Origin: Patescibacteria group bacterium
GTDB lineage: Bacteria > Patescibacteriota > Minisyncoccia > Phycocordibacterales > Phycocordibacteraceae
Length of the DNA stretch: 64,000 bases
Direction: 5' to 3'
Assembly: GCA_018971045.1 (NCBI GenBank)
Contig: JAGWVF010000005.1
Location: forward strand, 10,764-74,763
Positions within the stretch are counted from its first letter, which is position 1. The number at the start of each line of letters is the position of its first letter. Position numbers and translations under genes: made by a program. The notes beneath the pieces are model-generated. The model was given only the letters and a program-made list of their open reading frames with translations. It did no database searches and was not told where the DNA came from. This document shows, piece by piece, positions 56,045-64,000 of the stretch.

Positions 56045-56097
56045 CTTGATTCACCCGTTCCCTTAGCTCGGGGATGAGGCGGTATACTGCAGTTATT

Positions 56098-57180
56098 ATG
56101 GTTATTCGAGAATGGGCGGCGCGATACGAGCGGTATCTCTCCGCGCTCGCGATGGCGGCTGGCTTCGTCGTCGACAACATCTTCTTTGAGCGCGTTGATC
56201 TCTGGCAGACGCAAGCCCTCCTCGCGGGGTATGCGCTTGCGTGCTTCATCGCGATTCCGGCCCAGCACTACCTCGAAACCAAAGCCGCGCGGCGAGGCAG
56301 GGTCTCGCCGCGCTCCCGCCTCTTCTTCCAGCTTACCGCGCAATTCGCGTTGGGCGGGTTCTGGAGCGCTTTTGTGATCTTTTACGGTCGCGCCGCTGTT
56401 TTTGGAGCATCGTGGCCGTTCCTCCTCTTCCTCTCTCTCATTTTCCTCGGGAGCGAGTACTTCCACCGCTATCATGCGCGACTCGTCTTCACGAGCGTGC
56501 TCTTTTTCTTCGCGCTCTACTCGTGGGCTATTTTCGAGGTACCGATTTATACGGACTCGATCGGCGTCGAGACTTTTCTTTTAAGCGGAGCGGCGGCGAT
56601 CGGCGTTTTCGCGCTCTTTACTGTCGTGCTCCGTCTCGTTGCCCACGACCGTTTCTATGAAGACGTGTGGCGAATCCGCGTGGGTGGGGTACTCGTGCTC
56701 GTCATGATGAACCTCTTTTATTTCACCAACATGCTCCCGGCGCTTCCATTGTCGGCGACGGCGGCAGGCGTGTACCACACGGTGTGGCATGTTCCCGGCG
56801 ACTATCTCGCGACGAGTGAGCGGCAACCGTGGGTCGTGGCGTATCTGGGCTTCTCTCCGACGCTCCATATCGTTTCAGGCGAGACGATCTACGCGTATAG
56901 CGCGATCTATGCGCCGACCGATCTCTCGACGACGATCGTTCACCGCTGGCAGTGGTATGACGCGCTGTCGAAAGGGTGGGTGACGAGGGCGGTTGTCTCG
57001 TACCCGATTGAGGGCGGCCGCGTAAGCGGTTACCGGGGATATAGCAATATGCGCATTGCAAACGCCGGCCAATGGAGGGTCATCGTCGAAACGACCGATG
57101 GCCGACTGCTTGACGAGCTTCCCTTCACCGCGGTGTTCGTAACGGATCCGCCGCCGCTCGAGACGATTACGCTTCGATAA
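56098..57180 (+). CDS. Membrane protein with C-terminal DUF2914 domain
   Basis: Multiple TMs followed by IVHRW, GGRVSGYRGYS and GQWRVIVET. Confidence 0.82.
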   Translation: MVIREWAARYERYLSALAMAAGFVVDNIFFERVDLWQTQALLAGYALACFIAIPAQHYLETKAARRGRVSPRSRLFFQLTAQFALGGFWSAFVIFYGRAAVFGASWPFLLFLSLIFLGSEYFHRYHARLVFTSVLFFFALYSWAIFEVPIYTDSIGVETFLLSGAAAIGVFALFTVVLRLVAHDRFYEDVWRIRVGGVLVLVMMNLFYFTNMLPALPLSATAAGVYHTVWHVPGDYLATSERQPWVVAYLGFSPTLHIVSGETIYAYSAIYAPTDLSTTIVHRWQWYDALSKGWVTRAVVSYPIEGGRVSGYRGYSNMRIANAGQWRVIVETTDGRLLDELPFTAVFVTDPPPLETITLR

Positions 57181-57696
57181 TCAGCCTGCTTTGACTCGCA
57201 GTTTTGTCTGTTTCGCTTTATCGAGGCGCGGGAGAATGATGGTAAGAAGGCCGTCTTTGGCGCTCGCCGAAGATGCCTCGGAGTCGATTTCCTGAGGGAG
57301 AAGAATCGTGCGCGAAAAGGACCCCCAGAAGAGCTCGCGGGTAAAATAATCAGGAGTCGCCACTTGCTCGCGTTCCATGCGCGACCCGCTGATCTCGACC
57401 ATATCGCGGCTAATGGAAATGTTGAGTTCATCAGGGCGGACGCCGGCGACAAAAGCGCGGATGATGATATCGCTTGCAGTCTGGTGGACGTCGACGGGGA
57501 GCTGTCCTTCGCCGGTCTGGGTGTCGCTGCCAAAAATGCTCGGTTTACTCGGTGCGGAGGATCCGCGCGAAGCGAAGTCCTTCCGCGGCTGAGGAGTCGC
57601 AAGCATCAGGTCTTCATCGAACGGGTCAGCGCCGTTGCCGGACGCCGGAGAGCTCGAGAGTCGTTCGAAAAAAGAAGGCTTCATATTCATAGTCAA
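57181..57696 (-). CDS. Hsp20/alpha-crystallin small heat-shock protein
   Basis: VDVHQT, AGVRPDELNISI, WGSFSRTILLP and DGLLTIILP motifs. Confidence 0.92.
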   Translation of the reverse strand: MTMNMKPSFFERLSSSPASGNGADPFDEDLMLATPQPRKDFASRGSSAPSKPSIFGSDTQTGEGQLPVDVHQTASDIIIRAFVAGVRPDELNISISRDMVEISGSRMEREQVATPDYFTRELFWGSFSRTILLPQEIDSEASSASAKDGLLTIILPRLDKAKQTKLRVKAG

Positions 57697-58427
57697 CGTG
57701 AAGAATTAGGAAGGCGACGATACTGGAAATATTTAAGTACTTCAAATGCCGCAAAGAAGATGACAGTGACCGTCCAGACAAGAAAGAATGCGGTCAGCGT
57801 GGTCGAAGCACCTTGATTGATAATAAGCTCGTTAAAGGCAGTATGCAATGCGACGGCGAGGATAAGTCCGAGCGCCGCCGCGCCGCTGCGCACGAGCGGA
57901 CCCGATCGCGAGGAAAAGGCGAGCGCGAAGCCGATTGACGCCGAAGCGACGGCGTGGAGAAGAGTCGAACCGAGAAAGCGGACGTTGTCCGTAAAGATGC
58001 CGTCAATAAATTGGCCGCTAAAGAGCGGGGAGCCCAAAAAGAGCATATTTTCCGCGGCGGCGAACCCAAGCGCTACGGTGAGCATATAAACGACGTAATC
58101 CGGCGCTTCGTCGACGGCGCCTCGCCAGAGGATAAACGCGGCGGCCATGACGTATTTCAGAACTTCCTCGATAAGCGCCCAGGACAGTATGATGTGGAAT
58201 CCGGGCCGCGAAGGGCATTTGAGAAGCGTCTCAAGCGGAAGATGGGTACAGCTCCACTGCTCTGCCGGGAGCGCGAGCGGTACTGCCGCCATGCCGGCGA
58301 CGAAAGCGAACAAGATGATTTTCTTCGGCTCAGGGTGGGCGGCGTCCTCCTTAAGAAGAAAATAAAGCCAGATAAAAGAGGGCAACAATCCGCCCAAAAA
58401 CGCGTAACCGAGAGTCGTCGGAGTCAC
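57693..58427 (-). CDS. PrsW-family intramembrane metalloprotease
   Basis: EEVLK, ALGFAAAEN, LHA and LHTAFN motifs. Confidence 0.9.
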   Translation of the reverse strand: MTPTTLGYAFLGGLLPSFIWLYFLLKEDAAHPEPKKIILFAFVAGMAAVPLALPAEQWSCTHLPLETLLKCPSRPGFHIILSWALIEEVLKYVMAAAFILWRGAVDEAPDYVVYMLTVALGFAAAENMLFLGSPLFSGQFIDGIFTDNVRFLGSTLLHAVASASIGFALAFSSRSGPLVRSGAAALGLILAVALHTAFNELIINQGASTTLTAFFLVWTVTVIFFAAFEVLKYFQYRRLPNSSR

Positions 58428-58445
58428 GAAACTATTGTAGCAGGT

Positions 58446-60623
58446 TTATGCGGGCCACTCCGCGACCATGAGGTAAGGAGCGTCTTTGGTGGGAAGGGAC
58501 TGCCAGATCTCTTCGGTGACAAACGGCATAAAGGGATGGAGCATCTTTACCGTGCGCGTGAGGAGAGTGAGGAGGAGCGCGGCGCGAGAGGCCTTCGCGG
58601 TTTCGTCGGCACCCGCGAAGATCGGCTTCGATTCTTCAAGAATCTTGTCCGCGAGCTCGTGCCAGGTGTAGTGATAGAGCTTCTCGGCGGCAAGATAAAC
58701 GCGGAACTCCTCGATATCGGTCGTGACTTCTTTAATAAGTGCGTCGCTTTGGTCGAGAAGCTCATGCTCGCGGGCGGGTAATTGATCACGCTCCGGGCCG
58801 CTCGACCAAGTCTTAGTATCAATTACCCGCCCGCTCGCATTCGCTTGCTCGAGAATAAACCGCGCGATGTTCCAGAGCTTGTTCGCAAAGTGCTTGTAGC
58901 CTTTTACTTTATCTTCGCTGATGCGCATATCCGTGCCCGGCGTGTTGCCGACCACGAGCGCCATTCGCGCGGCGTCGGCGCCAAACTTCGCGGCTATATC
59001 GAGGGGATCGAGATTATTCCCGAGCGATTTGCTTATCTTGCGTCCCTGCGCGTCGCGCACGAGGCCGTGGAGATAGACGGTCTTGAAGGGGATGGTGCCG
59101 AGCGTAAATCCGGTCAAAAGAATCATACGCGCGATCCAGAAGAAGAGGATATCGTAACCCGTCTCAAGCAGATCGGTCGGATGATAGGTAAGGAAATCGC
59201 TCGTTTCTTCCGGCCATCCGAGCGTTGAGAAGGTCCAGAGCCCCGAGGAGAACCACGTGTCGAGCGTATCCTCGTCCTGGATCCAGCCGTCGCTCGCTGG
59301 CGCGTCGCCCACAACAATCTCCTCGCCCCTATACCACACGGGGATGCGGTGGCCGTACCAGATCTGCCGGCTGATGCACCAATCGCGCAAGTTCTGAATC
59401 CAGTGAAAGTAGGTCTTCTCGAGATACTCGGGAAGTATCCGGATGTCTCCGAATCGCACCGGTTCGATCATAATCTCCTTAAGCGTTTTCCCGCGCCCCT
59501 CGATTTTACGGTTCACGTCGACGAACCATTGCAATTTTATCTGCGGCTCGACGATGCCGCCGGTGCGTTCGGCGGTGGCGATATTGTGAGTGTACGGCTC
59601 TTCCTTAGCCACGAGATGCTTCGCGCGCAGTTTCTCGATGATGAGCGGACGCGCTTCGGCGATCTTCATTCCGGCAAACTCGCCCGCGATCGGCAAGAGC
59701 TTCCCGTACCAATCGATGATCTGCTCTTTATCAAGCTCATGGCGCTCGGCGATATCGAAGTCCTCGTGGCTGTGCCATGGCGTGATCGTCATCACGCCCG
59801 TGCCGAAGCCCATATCGATCGATTCGTCTTTAATCACGGTCGCCGTGATCGGGCCATTAATCCACTCGGCTTCGAAGGTTTGGCCGTGCGTAAATTGCCG
59901 GTAGCGCGGATCGTCTGGATGCATTACCACGTACTTATCGCCGAACTTGGTCTCGGGGCGCGCGGTGCCGATCGTGAATGGCCCGTAGGTGAGGTAGTAA
60001 AAGGTCGTTTTTTCTTCCTGGTAGATAAGTTCGTCATCGGAGATGGTCGTCTGGCCCTTCGGGTCCCAGTTCACGATGCGATGGCCGCGATAAATGAGTC
60101 CGGCGTCGTACATATCTTTGAACACTTTGCGCACGGCGCGGCTGCGCGTCTCGTCGAGCGTGAACGCCTCCCGCGACCAATCAAGCGACGCCCCCATCGT
60201 CTTCAGTTGATTAACAATCGTGTCATGGCTTCCGGCGGCAAACGCCTCGATGCGTCTCAAGAGCTCTTCGCGGCCGATGTCGTGGCGGCTTTTATTTTCT
60301 TCTTTTTTTATTTGTTTTTCGACTACCGACTGAGTGGCGATGGCGGCGTGATCGGTGCCGGGGATCCAGAGCGTCCGGAATCCGCGCATGCGCTTGAAGC
60401 GAATGAATATATCCTCGATCGCGAGCATAAGCGCGTGGCCCATATGGAGCCGTCCGGTAACGTTCGGCGGCGGCAGTACGATTGAGTAGGGCGTGGCGTC
60501 GGCCCGGGTGACGCCCTGCTTCACGCATTCGTCGGGGTTAAACAGCCCGCTTCCTTCCCATTCCGCATAGATTCGGCTCTCGGTCGCAGAAGGGTCGTAG
60601 GGCTTCAGAAACTTGTCAGGCAT
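58446..60623 (-). CDS. valS: Valine--tRNA ligase (short form lacking the C-terminal coiled coil)
   Basis: PPPNVTGRLHMGH, DWCISRQIWYGH, DTWFSS, KISKS; ends at EWPA. Confidence 0.96.
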   Translation of the reverse strand: MPDKFLKPYDPSATESRIYAEWEGSGLFNPDECVKQGVTRADATPYSIVLPPPNVTGRLHMGHALMLAIEDIFIRFKRMRGFRTLWIPGTDHAAIATQSVVEKQIKKEENKSRHDIGREELLRRIEAFAAGSHDTIVNQLKTMGASLDWSREAFTLDETRSRAVRKVFKDMYDAGLIYRGHRIVNWDPKGQTTISDDELIYQEEKTTFYYLTYGPFTIGTARPETKFGDKYVVMHPDDPRYRQFTHGQTFEAEWINGPITATVIKDESIDMGFGTGVMTITPWHSHEDFDIAERHELDKEQIIDWYGKLLPIAGEFAGMKIAEARPLIIEKLRAKHLVAKEEPYTHNIATAERTGGIVEPQIKLQWFVDVNRKIEGRGKTLKEIMIEPVRFGDIRILPEYLEKTYFHWIQNLRDWCISRQIWYGHRIPVWYRGEEIVVGDAPASDGWIQDEDTLDTWFSSGLWTFSTLGWPEETSDFLTYHPTDLLETGYDILFFWIARMILLTGFTLGTIPFKTVYLHGLVRDAQGRKISKSLGNNLDPLDIAAKFGADAARMALVVGNTPGTDMRISEDKVKGYKHFANKLWNIARFILEQANASGRVIDTKTWSSGPERDQLPAREHELLDQSDALIKEVTTDIEEFRVYLAAEKLYHYTWHELADKILEESKPIFAGADETAKASRAALLLTLLTRTVKMLHPFMPFVTEEIWQSLPTKDAPYLMVAEWPA

Positions 60624-60650
60624 TGACTGAAATATAGCAAATACAAGCGG

Positions 60651-61847
60651 TTATGCGAGCGAACGATTGCCGTCCGCCGTAATGTCGGTCGCGAACTCGC
60701 GGCGGAGCGCGCGGTAATAGCCAGCAAGCGCGATCATAATCGCATTATCAGTCGTGAGCGAGGCGGCAGGAATGCGGAGCGCAACCTGCGGATAATCAGC
60801 GGCTATCTTATGAGTGAAAGTGCGGCGGATGTGCGTGTTCGCCGAAACGCCGCCGCCGATGACGAGCGTTCGCGCCCCGGTCTCTTCGAGCGCTCGTGCG
60901 GTTTTCTTCCAGAGGACATCCGTAACCGCGTCTTCGAACTCATGCGCGAGGTGCATCTTTTCAGTATCGTCGAGCGGCGGGCGGTTTTTGAGAAGATAAA
61001 GCACGGCTGTCTTGAGGCCGGCGAAGGAGAAGTCGCAAGTCAATGAATCAATCATCGGTCGCGGCAACGTAATCTTGGACATCGGATGTCCTAGTTCAGA
61101 AACTAGGACATCCGATGTCCTAACTTGTTCGGCGAGGCGCGAGATCTCGGGACCGCCCGGATAGGGGAGGTCGAGCATGCGCGCAACCTTATCAAACGCC
61201 TCGCCGACCGCGTCGTCGCGCGTTTGTCCGATGAGCTCGTAGTCGAGCCATTTTTTCATGAGCACGAGCTCGGTATGGCCGCCGGAGATGAGAAGGGCGA
61301 TCACCGGCATTTGGACGCCGCGAATCAGGAGCGATTCCTCATCGCCCTTTTCTGCGAGCGCGGCCATCACGTGGCCTTCCATATGGTTCACCGCGACGAG
61401 CGGCTTCTGCCACAAGAGCGCGAGCGCTTTCGCGAAATTGATGCCGACCCAGAGCGCGGGTTCGAGGCCGGGACCCGCGGTTACCGCGATTACGTCGATT
61501 GGCGGCGTCTCACATTCGCTTACGAATTCAAAAAAAGCTTCGGCGAGCGAGTGTTCGCGCGACAAGATCGCGGCGATCTCGCTGCGTATTTCTTCGGGGA
61601 TGGATCGAGTATCTTCACGCAGGAGTTCTGCCTCCTCAAGCGCGGCTTCAAGGAGAGGAACGAGGTTCTTCGCGTGTTCGCGCTTCGCAAGCGCCGGGAA
61701 GACGCCTCCGTATTCCGCATGAAGAGCGACTTGCGAGAGGAGCGTATTGCCGAGTACGGTGAATCGGGCATCCGTCTCATTTCCCGCACATTCGAGAATC
61801 GCGATCGCGGTTTCGTCGCAAGAAGTCTCGATGGAGAGTATCTTCAT
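60651..61847 (-). CDS. tsaD: tRNA t6A threonylcarbamoyltransferase TsaD
   Basis: IETSCDETA, HMEGH, SGGHT, DDAVGEAFDK, GGVSAN and DNAIMIA motifs. Start ATG 61847. Confidence 0.95.
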   Translation of the reverse strand: MKILSIETSCDETAIAILECAGNETDARFTVLGNTLLSQVALHAEYGGVFPALAKREHAKNLVPLLEAALEEAELLREDTRSIPEEIRSEIAAILSREHSLAEAFFEFVSECETPPIDVIAVTAGPGLEPALWVGINFAKALALLWQKPLVAVNHMEGHVMAALAEKGDEESLLIRGVQMPVIALLISGGHTELVLMKKWLDYELIGQTRDDAVGEAFDKVARMLDLPYPGGPEISRLAEQVRTSDVLVSELGHPMSKITLPRPMIDSLTCDFSFAGLKTAVLYLLKNRPPLDDTEKMHLAHEFEDAVTDVLWKKTARALEETGARTLVIGGGVSANTHIRRTFTHKIAADYPQVALRIPAASLTTDNAIMIALAGYYRALRREFATDITADGNRSLA

Positions 61848-61849
61848 AA

Positions 61850-62737
61850 TTACGGCGTCTCTTCGCGTTTCTTCTCGATAGGCGTCCACGGGATGGGCTC
61901 TCCGTAGCGGATTTCGAAGCCGGCGGCGGCAGGATGGCCGTTGCCTCCGTATTTACGCGCAAGAGCGGCGACGTCGACGCTTTTGTCGCTTCGGAGCGAG
62001 ACGCGCAACCCCCCAGCCTCCGCGGAGATAATGATCGCAAGGGGCGGTTTCAGCTTCGCGAGCCGGTTTCCGATATCGCTCGTGAACTCGCCTGAAGCGC
62101 CAGCCAGATAACATTCGTATCCCTCAAATGAGACGATCTCGGCGTGGTGGATGCCGTGAACCACGACGTGTTCATGGTATTGAGCGAACAGCATTCCTGT
62201 TTCAACAATGCGTTTTCGTTCAACGGGGTCGTCTATGTCGGCGATAAATCCGCTCCACTTCTCGACATTCTTGAGATCAAAAGAAGCGAAAGAATCGGTG
62301 AGCGTGTACACGTACGCGAGTATGTTCCGAGCGTCAGGCAAGGCGAAGCGGTATAAATCTCCGTCTTCCACGTACGTGAGAAGCGCGGGGACAGGAACCT
62401 GCGGATGAAAATACGTCCACGCGATGACCGCGCCGGAGTGCGACGTGTCGAAGACTCCCGGGAACGCGGTCGCGACGTCGCGAACGCCTTCGTGGTGGTC
62501 GAGGATCGTTACCGACTTCGCGCGTTCCGCGATCCGATCCATTATTATTTTCGGATAGCAGAAGTCGATAAAGAAGAGATCCTTTCCATCGAGATGGTTG
62601 GGAATCGGCTTCCCGTATTTTAAAGGAATATATTCCGCCGTGTCGCCGAACTTCTTCCACGCGGCATACGCGCCGCCGAACCCGTCGGGGCAACCGCCAT
62701 GATAGAGCACGGCTATCTGGGGATGAGCTTCATGCAT
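61850..62737 (-). CDS. DHH/DHHA1 phosphoesterase
   Basis: CPDG, LDHH, SLRS and GGNGHPAAAG motifs. Confidence 0.9.
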   Translation of the reverse strand: MHEAHPQIAVLYHGGCPDGFGGAYAAWKKFGDTAEYIPLKYGKPIPNHLDGKDLFFIDFCYPKIIMDRIAERAKSVTILDHHEGVRDVATAFPGVFDTSHSGAVIAWTYFHPQVPVPALLTYVEDGDLYRFALPDARNILAYVYTLTDSFASFDLKNVEKWSGFIADIDDPVERKRIVETGMLFAQYHEHVVVHGIHHAEIVSFEGYECYLAGASGEFTSDIGNRLAKLKPPLAIIISAEAGGLRVSLRSDKSVDVAALARKYGGNGHPAAAGFEIRYGEPIPWTPIEKKREETP

Positions 62738-62754
62738 ACCGCTAGTGTATCCGG

Positions 62755-63624
62755 TCAGCGCATAAAACGCACATACATTCCCGATGGGATGACGCGTTCG
62801 TTCGTTGATTCTTTAATGTACAGCTCGCCGCATTCGCCGGCTGTCTCGCCGAAGACACTCTCGATCGCCTGCGCGAACGAGCGCGGCGCATAGCCGGCCG
62901 CATAGCCGTTCGCGAGAAAAAAAGATCCCGGCTGATCATTGAAAATCTTTTTAAGTATGTCCAATAACGGAGTGAAATCCGTTTCGATTTTCCACACTTC
63001 GCCCTTAGCGCCGCGGCCAAAGGCGGGCGGATCGAGGATGATGCCGTCGTACGCGACGCCGCGGCGCGCTTCGCGCTTCGCGAACGCGAACGCGTCATCG
63101 AGTATCCAGCGGATCGCGTCCTCGCTCACTCCCGTGAGTTCGGCATTCTCGCGGGCCCAATCAAGCGACTGTCTCGAGGCGTCGACGTGCGTAATGAACG
63201 CGCCTTTCTGCGCCGCAATGATCGAGGCGATGCCGGTGTAGCCGAAGAGATTAAGCACCTGGGGCACGCGGGAGGTCGTTCGACCGAGGTGCTCCGAGAG
63301 CCACTGCCAATTCGGCGCCTGCTCCGGAAAGACGCCGGTATGCTTGAAGCCGGTGAGGCGTGCGACGAAGCGGATATCGTTCCATGAGAGCCGCCACGAC
63401 GCCGGTACTGACGGTTTTCTCTCCCACGCGCCTTTTGCGCCCTCGAAGGAAAAGCGGGCATGCGCCGACTCCCAGAGATCGGGGTGCCGCTTTTTCCACA
63501 GGGCCTGCGTCTCGGGACGCGCCACGATGACAGCGCCGAAGCGCTCGAGCTTCTCCCCACTGCCCGAATCAAGGAGTTCGTAATCGCTCCACGGGAGAGA
63601 GGTGAGATGCCGGTCGAATATCAT
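62755..63624 (-). CDS. Class I SAM-dependent methyltransferase (RlmI/RlmK-like)
   Basis: HTGVFPEQ, LNLFGYTG and ILDPPAFG motifs. Confidence 0.88.
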   Translation of the reverse strand: MIFDRHLTSLPWSDYELLDSGSGEKLERFGAVIVARPETQALWKKRHPDLWESAHARFSFEGAKGAWERKPSVPASWRLSWNDIRFVARLTGFKHTGVFPEQAPNWQWLSEHLGRTTSRVPQVLNLFGYTGIASIIAAQKGAFITHVDASRQSLDWARENAELTGVSEDAIRWILDDAFAFAKREARRGVAYDGIILDPPAFGRGAKGEVWKIETDFTPLLDILKKIFNDQPGSFFLANGYAAGYAPRSFAQAIESVFGETAGECGELYIKESTNERVIPSGMYVRFMR

Positions 63625-64000
63625 GGCTGTGAACGGCTCTCCTCACGCAGAGCCTCCGGATGCTTGTGCGACCATTCGTAAAAGACGACCGCCGCCGAGA
63701 CGGCGGCATTTAAGGACTCGGTGCGCGGATGCATCGGGATTGAAAGAGTAGCGTCGCAGTTCTCCATCGTCTTGTCCCGGATACCGGAGCCCTCATTCCC
63801 GATGATGAACGCCGCAGGCGCATCGAACGCATCGCTCCCGAGAACGAGAGTTCCTTTCATCGAGAGGCCGTAGATCCAAAAGCCTTTTTCCTTGAGCGCG
63901 GCGAGAGTCGCATTCACGTTGCCGATTGTCACGAGCGGAATGCGAAAGGCCATTCCCGAAGAGGCCTTTACCACAGCGCCGGTGATCGGCGCTTGGTGGC
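63621..64000 (-). CDS. TrmH/SpoU RNA methyltransferase (RlmB-like), 5' end outside window
   Basis: KASSG, IGNEGSG and IPM...SLNAAVS motifs. Confidence 0.9.
   Translation of the reverse strand, partial: HQAPITGAVVKASSGMAFRIPLVTIGNVNATLAALKEKGFWIYGLSMKGTLVLGSDAFDAPAAFIIGNEGSGIRDKTMENCDATLSIPMHPRTESLNAAVSAAVVFYEWSHKHPEALREESRSQP

Noticed and set aside
1-64000. CRISPR array or rRNA
   Set aside because: No regularly spaced direct repeats, cas genes or rRNA signatures seen

Overview
This window looks like chromosome from a Patescibacteria (CPR, Parcubacteria-like) bacterium. That is an inference from the compact gene set, the short ValS, class II RNR, tRNA-Ile(UAU) and pervasive leaderless genes. 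The housekeeping backbone includes typA, ssrA/smpB, ftsH, recG, lemA/htpX, nrdJ, rnpB, murJ, lepA, valS, tsaD and five tRNAs. There are two accessory regions. (1) At 1.1-10.5 kb is a biosynthetic cluster: FeeM/OxzA-like N-acyl amino acid synthase, ACP, PPTase, PlsC-like acyltransferase, separate ThiF and nitroreductase-like genes (OxzB-like), a MacAB-type exporter and two SGNH hydrolases. This is unexpected in a lineage that generally lacks fatty-acid synthesis. (2) At about 35.5-55.2 kb, downstream of tRNA-Gly, is an island. It carries a five-gene ubiquitin-like operon (Ubl-E2-JAB-E1 plus a translationally coupled small membrane protein) under a CapH/CapP-like regulator pair, a serine recombinase and a type III R-M system. 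It also carries a complete diversity-generating retroelement (117-bp TR/VR, 14 of 14 mismatches at template adenines, avd inverted head-to-head with RT), an atypical IS256-family transposase, and TerS/TerL plus two DNA methyltransferases with no portal or capsid genes. Smaller signals are an orphan structured RNA after ftsH, a symmetric bidirectional -10 element between smpB and ftsH, and in-frame palindromic inserts in valS and tsaD. All calls are from reading motifs by eye; no database searches were run.
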